Assembly (NCBI GenBank): GCA_973895155.1
Contig: OZ316896.1
Span: 1,178,001-1,242,000 of the forward strand
From: Marsupella aquatica
Lineage: Eukaryota > Plantae > Marchantiophyta
DNA length: 64,000 bases
Direction: 5' to 3'
The stretch's first letter is position 1; each line of letters starts with the position of its first letter. Position numbers and translations under genes: made by a program. Below are positions 24,605 through 37,192 of this stretch, piece by piece. The notes below the pieces were generated by a model. That model worked only from the letters and a program-made list of their open reading frames with translations, had not been told where the DNA came from and made no database searches.

Positions 24605-27600
24605 CCGTTACCAAAGCCTCTTTGTGTTAGTAAAGAAAAACATCTCAATCACTGCGACAGAGGGTTCTAGGAGGATGACTGCTCACCAAAGAGCTAATAT
24701 GCATATCTATTAGCGATCATTCTGCTCATGCACGAGTTTTCTAGGTCCAACAACACATTTGTAGAACGATCATTTGCTAGCTGTCCGACCTTAGGCCCAT
24801 TCAAAACAATTATGATTGTTGTGATCGACCGGGTCTCATGCGATTTGAGGTTCGAGAATACCGTGGATATATATGTCCTCCCAATTCTTCCCACTTCTTC
24901 CTGCTACTGTAGCTTCACAACACAAGACAGTAGAATCAGATCCAAATATGCCCTCCCCCACCAACCAGAAAAAGATCATGCTACCTTACCTTGAGATGCT
25001 CGAAGGCGAGTTGGACACACCCGTCTTCAAGAATGTTTGCAGATCATGGTGTCATATCGATAGTGCTCAAGTTACGATTCCGACCGTCTTGGATCTTTTC
25101 AGATCATGTCATGTTTGAGATCGAATGATTCCAGCTAAGATCAATTACTTTAGCATAATCATTGGATCTCTCAAACAAGAGACAATCTGGAAAAATCTAT
25201 GTTAAAACTTGATTCCGGGCCATGTAGAGATTCATACGTCGCGCATCCAGTAGCCCACTTGAATACGATCCAAATGTACCAGTAGCGGAAAATCACAAAT
25301 AGAAATGGATCACTCGTCGAAGACATCGCGAAACGTACGGTACGAAGAGGCACTCATCTGCAATGAAATAAACATCGAGATGCGGCCAAGCTACAATGAT
25401 GTACTAGTGTAGCCAGGCTGGAACCCGCCGTCATTTACACAGCTATGTACAAATGCATGATCAGGTTCCAAGTTAGATTGATGGGCCGGCATGGAGCGAA
25501 GCGAGATGAACATCGACAAGCTCGTGACCGAGCTGTGGGCCAAAAGATTTGGGCACTCGTATACTCTCGATCACATTGTCCTCAATTGTAGCAAGAAAAC
25601 TGCTCACCCTGTTCAACTTAAATCAAATCACATCAACCTAATCGATTCACCTGGTATTTTAGTCTCTGCATCAATATCACAGGCTCTGCCGCCAGAACTG
25701 AAAAGGATGGAAGTCTTGGACGTTGATCCAACTCTGTAATTTGTCGAAGCGAGAGCAACAAGCGAGCACCTTAGCTCATCAGAGTGGCCCGCGAACGTTC
25801 CGTCAGTTACTACAGAAATCCAATGAGAGTGACACGGTCTCATTCACAACTCATCCACTAATGAAGAGCGTTACACATGGGTTGCGAATTCAAATCCTTT
25901 CCAGTGAGACAACCTCTTCTCGGCACGAGATAGGTTGGAAACTCACAAAAAGGAGCCTCGGAACGAAATGCTAGCGAGAATGCGAGGGCACCACGAATCA
26001 TCAAACTGGCTAGGGCGAAGCTGCTTCGACGGTTGTTATGTGAGGGGTTTATATGGACACTAGACAGGTCAGCAGAAGCGACTCTCAGTCCAATGTGAAG
26101 CACGAAATGCAAATATCATCCTGGTGGGTCCACATTACAAAGATTCCCGATCTCGTTGCTCGCATGAACAGGGTGGGTACTGGGTGGGTGTGGGCCTGTG
26201 CCCTGTGGGGACTGTTGAACTAGTAGACATAATTTGGAACTAGTCATCATGGGGTCCCGAGAAGAGATGTATGTCTAGAAAAAGCAGATGCAGTTAGAAA
26301 GGCTCGCGCTGTCCGCATTCTCAACATATTTTTAGTTCCGTCTGATCCGGCCGGAATTCTCTTCATCTACCAATCCGGAGCCAACCAGGCTGTAGACGAT
26401 CTTGTCCACTACATGATAGATTTGTATGCAAAGTGGGTCCAGTGAAATTAATAGGTTTCTTACTTTACGTGACCTGACCGGGCATCACCTTTCCACTAAA
26501 ACGCACCTTTTCCTCCTGACCCAGACAAAAACCCTATGCCTATATCCAATTGAAGCAAGCTTATGATCGATGCATTGTAAACTTGTTCAACTGAAGCTCC
26601 CTATTAAGCCTAGATCTTGCAGCGAGTCACTAACTTCAAGAGTTATATCATATTAATACTCGGTACACACGTGTTACGGTTGGCAAAACGGAGCGTTTTC
26701 AAAGTTTTATCACAGTTATCGCCCTAGGTTGAGAGGTCTAGCAATTTTGAGCTTATTTCCAATTAGCTTATTTCTCTCACTGTTGGGCGTTCTCGTCGCA
26801 ACTAACGGCTCTCGTTCATATCTTCTGGTTCTCGTATTAGGACAGGACTCAGTGCATCACGATAGTGGACATTTTTGGACCGTCTATGGTGTGGACTCGT
26901 ACCAAACCAAATGATAGCAAGATCGATAACACGGTCTGACCTTGCAACTCGTCAGAAATTTTGGTCGTGCTCATTGATGATGAATGCTTCTGTTATTTAT
27001 CGAGCAGATTGTGAGTCTCACGTGCCCAGATCAAAAATATCTACACACCTACTTCTTCAAGTACCGATAGAAATCGTCCTCCTAAACGATTGAAACAAAG
27101 CCTCCGTCTACAATCTTGAGAATGGATTTGAGTGCACATCATCGCAATTATCAACACACTTATCCACTGAAACGCAGCCTCTGCCCGCAATCCTGAGAAT
27201 GGATCTGAGTGCACCTCAACATTCACCACCCCACTAACAAAATATATTAAAGCAGCAGATACTGAGGGATGTCTGGGCTCCAGACCTCGATATGCTGAGT
27301 TTCTGCCCGCTATTGAATCAGAATCCCGTACCTCGATCGCGCATCAAATTAATATATCATTCTCCTTTTCACAGTATCTCCAGTAGTGTCCATTAATGTG
27401 TTGGTACAGCCAGAATTGGGACTTAGAGCCAACTAGCATGCGACCGCTCACTGACAGATGGTGTCCTTAGCATTAGCTAAACCCTCGGATAAGAAAACAC
27501 TCGCCAAATATGATTTAGAAGAGTATCTGCTCAAATGCACCGTCTATGCTGTTACTTTATTATGAATTCAAAGGTGAGGAAACTTTAGGACAAGTGTCTT

Positions 27601-28677
27601 GTCCTCGAGCTTGTCCTTGCCCTGGCTTGGAAGTCCTCAATCTGAGCCCGCCAGGCCACAGGAGGGGTTCATCAATGTGAAGTGCCCGTTACGGCTAACT
27701 CGCATGTATGCCAACTCAGTTTGGTGTTATGGTTCGGGAGACTACTAAAGTTATTTTTGTCTCGTTATCTTGATGGTAAAAAATTATTGTTTTGATAACA
27801 CTACGAGGCTCCTTCAGTACTGTTATGATGTAATTATAGAATTTCAAACCCCCATAACAGATCTGGTGTTCCCCGCAAAATAAAATCCTATAGGAAAAAA
27901 CTGACAGACCCTTATATATATAGAGAGAGAAATTAACCTTTCAATTTGGCAATTTGGCCAACAGAAAAATACGTTTAATTGAGTCCTGGCTGACAAATGC
28001 ACTACAGCCCTGCATACAGGACATTAAATGACATAGCCTTTGGTCATAGGACTATGAAAATTTTACTTTTCACATTCCAAGAAAGAAAGTCAAGCTTGGA
28101 TGAACCTTATCACATTTTGCTCTGACCAGAAGCTTTCCATCACCAGAGCGGGCACCAGAGTTTTTCAACATTTTGAACACTTTAATGTCTCCACCAGTTT
28201 TTTTTTTCAAAATGCTGAACACTTTCATGTCTTTCCCCAGTTTTTCAACAAACTAGTGAACAACTCTAATGTCTTTCAGTTTATCCATACAGAAATTAAC
28301 CATTCAAATTGCACCAACAAGAGTGTACATTTGCTTACAATACTTGTTCCCAACATTTCCCAACATTTCACAGTCCTATGTATAGGATAAGAAACCAAAG
28401 TCTTTGTCCAATGACAATGAGAATTCAGCATTCCAATAACTTTCACTATGCTCACATTGCATGCATCCTGAGAAAAAGCCTTTGCACCAATACAATTAAG
28501 ATAGTCATAGAATGGTCATGCTTTTCTTTACAAAATGAGCACACTTGTGGTTACATGATTTAAGAGATAACACTAAGCTGTCATTGCACTAAAACAATGT
28601 CAATACTAGCAATGTAAATTAAAGATTTTCAAACAATTATATCCTCTCTATAAACATGATTCTCAGGCCAATATAAT

Positions 28678-29017
28678 TGTTGAGCATAGACGACAATCGC
28701 AACGGCAAGCCCATGAACCATCCAACGCACAAGAGTCAACACAAAGAGATACATGGTTCACCTCCACATAAGGCTACGTCCATGGGAACACACATGAGCT
28801 GCACTCTAGGCCGACCGGCCATACCAAGCATCCACAGCACAAGCTCTCTCTATCTCTCAACTAGTTCCGTAACAATGAGCCTAAGTTCCCACTCTCCAAG
28901 CAAACACCGCTTGGTTATAGAGTGTGCACAACATGATTAACCTAACCAAGTCTGCGACTAAGGTTAGCCTTAACTACAATACAATCATTACTCTAGACCT
29001 AAGAGTAAATCCTAACA
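28678..29017 (-). repeat. 3' LTR (340 bp) of the minus-strand Copia element
   Basis: On the minus strand it reads TGTTAG...TCAACA and is preceded by the polypurine tract aagggggagat (29018-29028). About 215 bp are near-identical to the LTR at 46246-46593. Confidence 0.9.
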
Positions 29018-30334
29018 ATCTCCCCCTTTATTTTGGTCTAGGGGAGGGTAAAGACTGCTACCAATATGATTGCTTAGCGGAAAGTTCTGGAAAGAAAAAC
29101 CAAACCGGTTTTACCATCTTTATATATGAGAGTAGACCAGAACTAAGTCGTAGCCTATACAAGGAATGAGCAAGAGCATATCTTAGTATCTACATAAATG
29201 TTAAATAATTAACCCTACTTGTGAGGCAATTGCAATACCTGCAACGCATCACGGTGTCTAGAAAAACTCTCCAAACGAATCACTTTGGTAAAAGCGTCAG
29301 CCGGGTTGAGTTTATCGTCAATCTTAACTAGCTCAAACATATTATCAAACATAGTCTACCTGATAAAATGGTACCTGAGATCAATGTGCTTCACTCTACT
29401 GTCCATCACCTAGTTCATAGCAAGGTGGAGCGCACTCTGACTATCACAATGGAGCTTCACATTCCCCTATGGCAATCTCATCTCAGTGATCATTCTATCC
29501 AACCAAATCGCTTCCTTTGCTGCTTCCGTTGATGCAACATACTCCGCTTCTGTAGTAGACTGAGCAATATACTTCTGCAAAGTAGACCTCCAACTTATGC
29601 ATCCACCGCCAAGTGTGAACACATAACCTATTGTTGACCTCCTCCAATCCAGATCCTGTGCATAGTCAGCATCTACATAGGCCATCAATGATCTAGCATT
29701 ATGAGCATGTGTATCGAATAATAGACCATGATCCACGGTACCCTTCAAGTACCAAATAATCCACTTCACTGCTTCCTAGTGTACCTTCCCTGGATTCGAC
29801 ATGTACTTGCTCACCTTGCCCATAGCCATGGCAAGATCAAGTCTAGTGCAAGTCCTCAAATACATGAGACTCCCCACTGTCTTGTCATAAGGAACCTTTG
29901 ACATCATTCCCTTCTCTGTCTCATCTGTAGGACAGAAAGTTGATGACAACTTGAAGTGTGGAGCCAACGGGGTACTCACTGGCTTACTATCCCCCATGTT
30001 GAACCTTGCAATTATTTTCCTCACATAACTGCGTTGTGTCAACCTAGCTTAAGACCAGCCTCCAAGTCCCTAGTGATCTCCATACCCAAAATCCTCTTAG
30101 TTGGCCCTAAGTACTTCATCTTAAAATCTATATTTAACAGTGTCCCCGACAGTGTCTTGAGCTTAACAATCTCAGACCTATCCTTGGCCGCAAGAAGCAT
30201 GTCATCCACATAAAGTACTAAAACAATGAATCCAAAGACAACATCCTTCACTTGTTTAAGATACTGACACACAAGGGTCAAACACACTCCTGTGAAAGCC
30301 TTGTGCACGAACCCAATCATCAAACCGCTTATTC

Positions 30335-30631
30335 CTCGGGGGTCTCATTATATGGGGACCTCCCCATCACCTGCGACGTTTTTAGGCCTCAGACCCCCTA
30401 AAATGTAAGAAATTTTTTATATTTTTTAACCCCTATGAAGTTGGAATATTCTTGGAATATTCTAAAAATTGGATTAAAAAGACCCTAATGTTCTTATAAG
30501 TCTCAAAATTGAATTTAAAAGACCCTATTGTTCTTCTACAAAAATTCTTAAGTCTTCCCTTAGAACCAATAAAATGACCCTATCCTTCGTCGCACGTGAT
30601 ATGCCATTTTTGTGGAAGTGAAACCCCCGAG
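30335..30631 (-). mobile_element. MITE (297 bp) inserted in Copia RT
   Basis: Perfect 8-bp TSD gcttattc (30327-30334 and 30632-30639). Ends ctcggggg...cccccgag. Removing it restores ...PRQWNKRFD. Reverse-complement homolog of 9968-10264. Confidence 0.92.
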
Positions 30632-30829
30632 GCTTATTCCACTGTCTTGGTGACTGCTTCAACCCGTACAAGGATCTCAGCAATCTGCAAACCAAATCCT
30701 CTTGCCCTCTCTTCACAAAACCTAGCAGTTGTCTTCCAAGGTGTCATAGAGAAAAGTTCCTTATGATAAGGCAATGGGGAGTCTCATGTATTTGATGACT
30801 TGCACTAGACCTGATACATATGAACAAAA

Positions 30830-31600
30830 ATGCACAATATCCTTGCCAAAACTTGAAGGGTTCAGGCACGAGACATTTACACAAACAGGTCAGGCGGCGG
30901 CGGCGGTGGTCCCGAGTGTGGTCCATATCTTGACTATTTAGAGTAATTATCCATGAGCCGCAAGAAACACAGCCTCTAGATTGTAGCATTGCCATCAATG
31001 TGGACAGAAAAGTGCCAGATCGGCAATACCTTCTTGCTATTGTAACAATCATAATACACACACATACGCTCCAAAATGTTCTTATTAGTAAGTGTGACCT
31101 TACTCTTAAGATTAGCCCTCCCATATAACTGGTGAATGGACACTCCATACTCAATATCCTGAGTAGACACATTGTGTTTTGCACAATAATAGTGGTCAAT
31201 CCCTTTACCTTTGACACTAACCCAACATAGTTACCCTTGAAAGTGTGCATCATGCTGCCAGTTGGTCAACATCTTGCACTTCCAACAGGAGTCATTTTCC
31301 CCTTTCCTTACCATCCCATGTACTTGCAAATAGTAATGATGTCAAACTACTTGGCACTCTTAATTACACCTAGCCCTGCAAACCATCATATGCAATCTGT
31401 GTTTTGTCTCTCCTTTCTCTATGGCTACCAAACCACTATTGCTATGGTGAAGAAGTCTGTGCAAATTCTCAATCTCCTCTTTCTCAATATCAACACCTAA
31501 GTAACATATGTTGACAGACAACTCCAATACAGATCTAGTGATCTCTACCACTCTTGACTCACTTTGCCTACTTAGCACAACGATTCAAAGAAGCCATTGC
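30830..31600 (-). pseudogene. Decayed Replitron-like HUH endonuclease
   Basis: Across frameshifts: LELSVNICYLGVDIE...GLVAIEKGETKHRLHMMVC; MHTF..MLG*C..KGIDHY....HNVS..DI..G....LYG..NLKSKVTLTNKNILER..VY; GTFLSTLMAMLQS...SWII....MD..R. Order and spacing match the Replitron Rep motif series as recalled; not database-verified. Confidence 0.62.
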
Positions 31601-32248
31601 AAAGTGCCATTTAGGGGAGATTGTTTCAATTTGGAGCAACCCTATCCAGCCATGAAGAATTTGGCCCTAAGTTTATGGGGGAAATCAGATCTTGACACTT
31701 TGTATGGCATAAGCCATGTTGGATGACTAGGATTGTCGCCAATATTCTCAGTGTGTACTTACACGTCGTGTGTGAAGTTGACGGCCAGAAAATGTTGGGC
31801 CACTCACATGAGAGTTGACTCTCAGCCAAAGAAATTGGGGAGGGAATCCAACCCCTTGGGTTTGCTCCTGCTCAAATTTCATATGAGAGCATGCATGGGA
31901 GGAAGGGTAGTGATGCTAGTTGTAGATGTAATGTTATGTACTTTGACAATAAACTTGTGAAGTGTTACCTGATTTCAACTATGAACTCAAATTGCTCTCA
32001 TTCATTTGAGTATTTGTTCATGCAAGTTGTACGATTCTTGTCAATTGTAGTGTGGTGAGGTTGATCAGATTAAGCCCACATAAGTGAAAAAGGTCATGGC
32101 TCGTAAGTTTATCACAAGGAGGAATTAGTTGCAGAAGGCAAGGTGCATTTATGGTGAAATGCATCTTAGGTGACCAGCAAGTATTTTGATTGAAGCAAGT
32201 GCTTGATTGCCAACTAGCAATCAAAGGACCCTGCCAGTAATCAGACAG

Positions 32249-32409
32249 CAAAATGTGTAATATATGGTGACTGTGCACTCACTCATTTAAAGAAAATAAT
32301 GATGTTTATCGTGGTATGGACCATGACACATCAAAATGTGTAAGATATGGTGACTGTGCACTCACTCATTTAAAGAAAATAGTGATGTTTATCATGGTAT
32401 GGAACCATG
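32249..32409. repeat. 83-bp tandem duplication
   Basis: caaaatgtgtaaKatatggtgactgtgcactcactcatttaaagaaaata...ggtatgga starts at 32249 and again at 32332. Confidence 0.85.
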
Positions 32410-35242
32410 TCTTACACAGTATATGTCATATTTTATGTGCAGTTACCGGGACCACCGCATCAAAGGAAGAGACTGGACAACTAATGAGTGGAACAATTTA
32501 TCTTGATAGTGAAATTTGGATACTACAGGTCACCTGTAATGAGTGGATAACACCCTTCACTCTTGCAGGGGCAGCTGTGTTTTAACACACAAGGTGACAT
32601 TGTTAAATAATCTATATAACCAATCACATGAGAAGTTAGGATGGGGCTCTAGGCTTGTCAAGCTAAGCCTCTAGACAATGACCCTAGGGGCCCACCAAAG
32701 AATCATAACTAAATATTATATATGTCAAAATGATGAACATGCATGACATTTTCTATCATAGTTTCTATTACTATTCAAAGAATGTGCATTGGGCATTCAG
32801 GTTAGTGTAGCATAAATAAACAAAAGCCTGAAAAATGAAGCTGCCCTTGACTCAGTTCTTTCATAAGATGTACGAAAAAAATGGACTGCTTTCAATTTCA
32901 TTACAGCCTCACACAAGGCGACAACGTCACACAAAGTGACGTTACTTTGCAAATCTGGCGAAAAACCGTAACAGCCGCTGCCCTAGACTCAGTTGAGCAC
33001 TTGAGCTTTCTCACAAGATGCAGACAAATTCACTGCTTTCAGTTTCATGAAGCCGAGCTGCAGACTACCATTCCGCCACGAACAATAATTACGTAAGTTA
33101 CTGAAGCTTGAAGTCGAGGGCGAGACGACTAGACGAGGCTGGGACTGTTTAGTACTGCTGGATCATTCTGAGTACAGTAATTCTAGCGTGTGTCAATCCT
33201 GAAATCGAGGCAAAAATTTCGGGCATATAAAACATCTCCGCTAAGCTGGTTATTCCATGGAAGCCCGCCGATGAGAGTATTGACCCCTAAAGCATAACTT
33301 CGACAGTCACGGACACTTAGATACTCGTGGCGCTTTGTTGAGCCACAGCTCCACCTTGGCTGGATCTTCTTTGCTCGTTTCGGAAGCTGTCTGATCAGAT
33401 ACTCACCCGTCGTGCTTTGTTGAGCTATTCTCATTGACTCATTTGGAGTCATTCGATTTATCGCTCTGTTGAAAGCTGATTGAATCGCGCGTCATAGAGC
33501 CATACTGACCACTTTCCCCTTCACCTTGATCATGAGCCAAGTGAACTTGTGAAGGTTTGCAAACAAAAAGTATCCGTGAAGATTGGCAACGAAAAATAAT
33601 GTGAAAATGGTCATTTTAGAATTCTTATAATTGAGGGCTGACGGGGGTAGCTTTGATACGCCTAGTATTGGTATTCCGAGGTGCCGATTCTGCCCAATGA
33701 AGAAGGTTGCCAATCGGTCCCACCAGAAGCATACTTCGACTGTAATCAGCAATTTCGAGTAATCTCGAGCTCTGGAGCATGAAGGAGGTTGTCCGTAGCA
33801 GGTGGTGACTACGAGGTTCACCCATGTGAAGTTGTGAAGATTGGCAACGAAAAGTCCGGACGGCAGTTATGGGTACCGACGACAGCTAAATTGTACAGTA
33901 GTATTGCTTATCACGTATTGGGGTCCCTCAAATTCGCTCTTCCTAGAAGTTTCCCTTGACCAAAATATGTTCTGATCTACTGGTTGCGGACCAACAATTT
34001 ATGGTTCTCGCAAAATATGACTTCAACAACTTGGCAATCAGTGCGATGGCATCCACACCAAGAATCACTTTGCAAAATAAGTTGACAGCAACCTCTTTTC
34101 GCAGGTGCGAATTTTAGCCAGATTTCATCTCCCCAAAAAGTGTCGTCACTTTTGGCTAAAATTTGCTATATTATTTGTATGTCATTAGCCATTTTCAAAC
34201 CAAATCATGGACCCCCATTTGCCAGAATCTATTGGTCTTCCATAAATTAAATCTAAGGATATCTGACAGGAAGAACTGATAAAGAATATTTCTAGCATCT
34301 CCTCCCTTAGAATGACATTGGCCACACTGCTAAACACAGAAAAGAAAACCCATATTAAAAACTAAGCTGGTTGACACCCTTCTTCTGCCCCCCAAGTGGT
34401 GTGAACAATCTCAAACCAAAAACAGGTTGAGGAAAACTAATAGACTGAAATCTCACTTTTCATTAATCCATGACTTAGGAAAGATACTTCAAATCACGAC
34501 TGCCCAAAAATTCGTGGAAATGCGCAAATATGAGATGCCCTAGTAGAGCATTACTAAATTGCGCATATATATACATGAATGTTAGTAGGAATGATGACAA
34601 AAGTCATCGTGCATGATTCATTTTGACATACATATATGGCATAGTTTTTTCCATTAATTTCCAATTTAGGTGGGGCCCTAGAGTCATGATCTATAGTCTC
34701 ACTCTAGAAGGTTAGACCCCAAACTCTAGCATATACACCAACTCTGGCTTGTGTTAGTGATTAATTAGTAAAATTATTATGTGCACTGCTTGGACTGTAA
34801 CTAGGGAGGATCGAATACGGCTACTGAGGGACTAAGAAGGAATATAAGTGAGACACACCTAAATGAATGTATATTATCAACATTTCCATTTATATCAAAT
34901 TATATAAAACCATTAGATTTTTCATGATCTTAAGGATAGTGATAAATGTTCAAAACAGTCACATATCAAATCAAATGACAACTAAAAAGAAAATCTGGTG
35001 AATGTTGTCTTCCCAGAGAGCCTTTTTTCTATGTACTATAGGAGTAACTAGGGTGAACCTGACTCATGCCAGCATATAAGTGAGCAGGCATTATATGCCT
35101 GAACCCTTCCTGTGTCAAGCTTGATGGCAAAAAATTGGAATTGAATTTCATAATCAAACAAAGTGTATATCTTGAGGGGGTAATGACAATGGAGGAACAA
35201 GACCAGCCTCATGCACTATACATTTTGAAGGGCAGCAGAACT

Positions 35243-35483
35243 GCTTTTTCCCAATCAATTTGCAAGTGCTGATTTGCTTTTTCCCAATCAATTTGCAAAT
35301 GCTGAGGGCCGCCATGGTGAGGGCTGTTACATGCCAGTTGGCTCGTACTTTTCCCAATCAATTTGCAAGTGCTGATTTACTTTTTCCCAATCAATTTGCA
35401 AGTCCTGATTTTCTTTTTCCCAATCAATTTGCAAGTGCTGAGGGCCGCAATGCTGAGGGCTGTTACATGCCAGTTGGCTCGTA
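35243..35483. repeat. Compound minisatellite (about 32-bp unit ttttcccaatcaatttgcaagtgctga plus a duplicated 45-bp block)
   Basis: Five copies of ttttcccaatcaatttgcaa and two of gctgagggccgc...gagggctgttacatgccagttggctcgta. Confidence 0.85.
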
Positions 35484-36427
35484 GTCATGCTGGGAAAGGA
35501 AAAACACAAATTGCAAGAGGCACCTGCACTTTTTTTTATACCTTCAGGCCCAGCTATACTAGCACTATGGGGCCTGTGGAAATGCTCTTACCCTCCATCA
35601 CCAACACCAAAAAAAACATTCCCTGCATCCGACTTCTGGTCCTCTTTGTCAAACACGCCCGCCACTATTAAAAAAACATTCCCTGCATCGAAAATCTTCT
35701 GTTGTTTTTGTCATACACGTGAATCTGACTCCATATAGAACTATTTTTTCCCGCCTGAAAAACTACGGTATGGTGCCGATAAGTCACCTTCCTCATGATT
35801 ATCTCTGGGCCATTGTGGAGCGGAAGCCGGCCAGTAAGCGTGTGAGATTTGGCTGTTTTCAGCTTCCACAGTACGCGTACTCACATTTGTTTAGTCAACA
35901 CTCAAACGAACGATCCTCGTTGAGCAAGTCTCAGGTACAGTACTGTAGTGCTCTACATTCTACTACTGTAGAGAGTTCTAGAATTCCCTTGCCCCTTGGA
36001 ATTACTTCGAGGCTGTGCTTCCTTCTCATCAGCATTCCAACGCTCTTTCTTCCGGAATCCGCGGACCTTTATTCAGCTCGAACCCCTTCGTGCTCTCTAC
36101 TCTCTCTCACAATCTCCCATCTCTCACAATCTGTCCTCTCTTGCTCCTGCCTCTTGCTTCCCTGGGCGGTGACTCTAGCCCCCTCTCTCTCTCTCGGTTT
36201 CCGCAACCTGCTTCTAAATTGTTCTCGAATCAGAAGTCCTACTATAGTTTACCTGACGGTACCCACTGTCTCCCCATGTCTCACTTGAGTGGTTCCCGCA
36301 ACAAGCTTCTGAATCGCTCTTTAATCACGCTGTTCCATTAGGCATCGTAGTTAGCTTGTTGGTAAGAGCAGTTTCTGCATTCCTCGGGTTGACGGTTTGG
36401 TTTGCCACGAATTAGAGAGGTTCCGAG

Positions 36428-37192
36428 ATGGCGTTGCCGACCGTGACGGATTTGTTTTACAACGACAGGCAAGAGCCGGTGATGGTGGTTGGCCAGACAA
36501 GTGATCGCTCTCGATCGCAATATCGGAGAGGTTATCTCTCTCGACAGGACTCGCGCATCTTCAGGTCCTCGGCATCCCCCCCGCCGTCCAGGTCTCACCA
36601 TCACGCGTCCTCCTGGTTTGGGTTGCGAAGATCGTCGCAATCGCCACCCAGACACCACCGTTATCAATCCAATTACTCAGACTACAGGAGAGGTAAGTAT
36701 GGCAGATCTCCCGAGCGCCACGGCATAAGTTCGTGGTTTCGCAGGCGGAGCTCGCATTCTCCACCGTCTAGTTATCACGACTATACATCGCACACGAAGT
36801 ACAGAGAGGATTACACCGGCTACCCCCTCGAGTCTGGCTACACTGCTAAGGACGGTTACAGAGGCCGCTATGGGTATGACGATTACTACGGTCGGCCTGG
36901 GTATTCCTCGGACATGTATCACGGAGAGCTTACAGCCGTGGTTCCTCGAACGTATCAGTCGACTTATGGAGGCGCTTTTAACAAAGACTACTTGGAGACT
37001 GTGAAGCTGAAGGTTCCGTTGTGCTGTGAAGCATGCGAAGAAAGGATTACGAATCACATGCTGGCTCTTGAAGGTGTGGAGTCCGTTACATGTGATCAGG
37101 TGAAGCAGAAGGTGACTGTTAGAGGGACTGCCACGCCTTCGGAGGTTTTGAGGCAAGGCAGAGAATGTTTCAAGCACACGAGATTTTGGTAG
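36428..37192 (+). CDS. Heavy-metal-associated (HMA) domain protein with a long R/S/H/Y-rich N-terminus
   Basis: C-terminal VKLKVPLCCEACEERI...LEGVESVTCD..KQKVTVRG...EVL is an HMA domain with CxxC. Intronless 254 aa. No C-terminal CaaX motif. Pyrimidine-rich upstream leader. Confidence 0.88.
   Translation: MALPTVTDLFYNDRQEPVMVVGQTSDRSRSQYRRGYLSRQDSRIFRSSASPPPSRSHHHASSWFGLRRSSQSPPRHHRYQSNYSDYRRGKYGRSPERHGISSWFRRRSSHSPPSSYHDYTSHTKYREDYTGYPLESGYTAKDGYRGRYGYDDYYGRPGYSSDMYHGELTAVVPRTYQSTYGGAFNKDYLETVKLKVPLCCEACEERITNHMLALEGVESVTCDQVKQKVTVRGTATPSEVLRQGRECFKHTRFW

Larger units (their letters stand above)
28678..30745 (-). mobile_element. 5'-truncated Ty1/Copia LTR retrotransposon (RT-RNaseH, PPT, 3' LTR), pseudogenised
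   Basis: LYGLKQSPRQWN, LYVDDML, VPY..VGSLMYL..CTR, YVDADYAQD, STTEAEY, KHIDLRYH, NPADAFTK. Several stops and frameshifts. Interrupted by the MITE at 30335-30631. Confidence 0.92.

Noticed and set aside
24728-25974. Short ORFs with weak F-box-like (VCRSW) and DxPG-like words
   Set aside because: Isolated short motifs with no supporting domain context.
35719-37177. ORFs 35719-36288 (+), 36015-36341 (+) and 36677-37177 (-)
   Set aside because: CT-rich leader and antisense shadow of the HMA gene; no domain signal.
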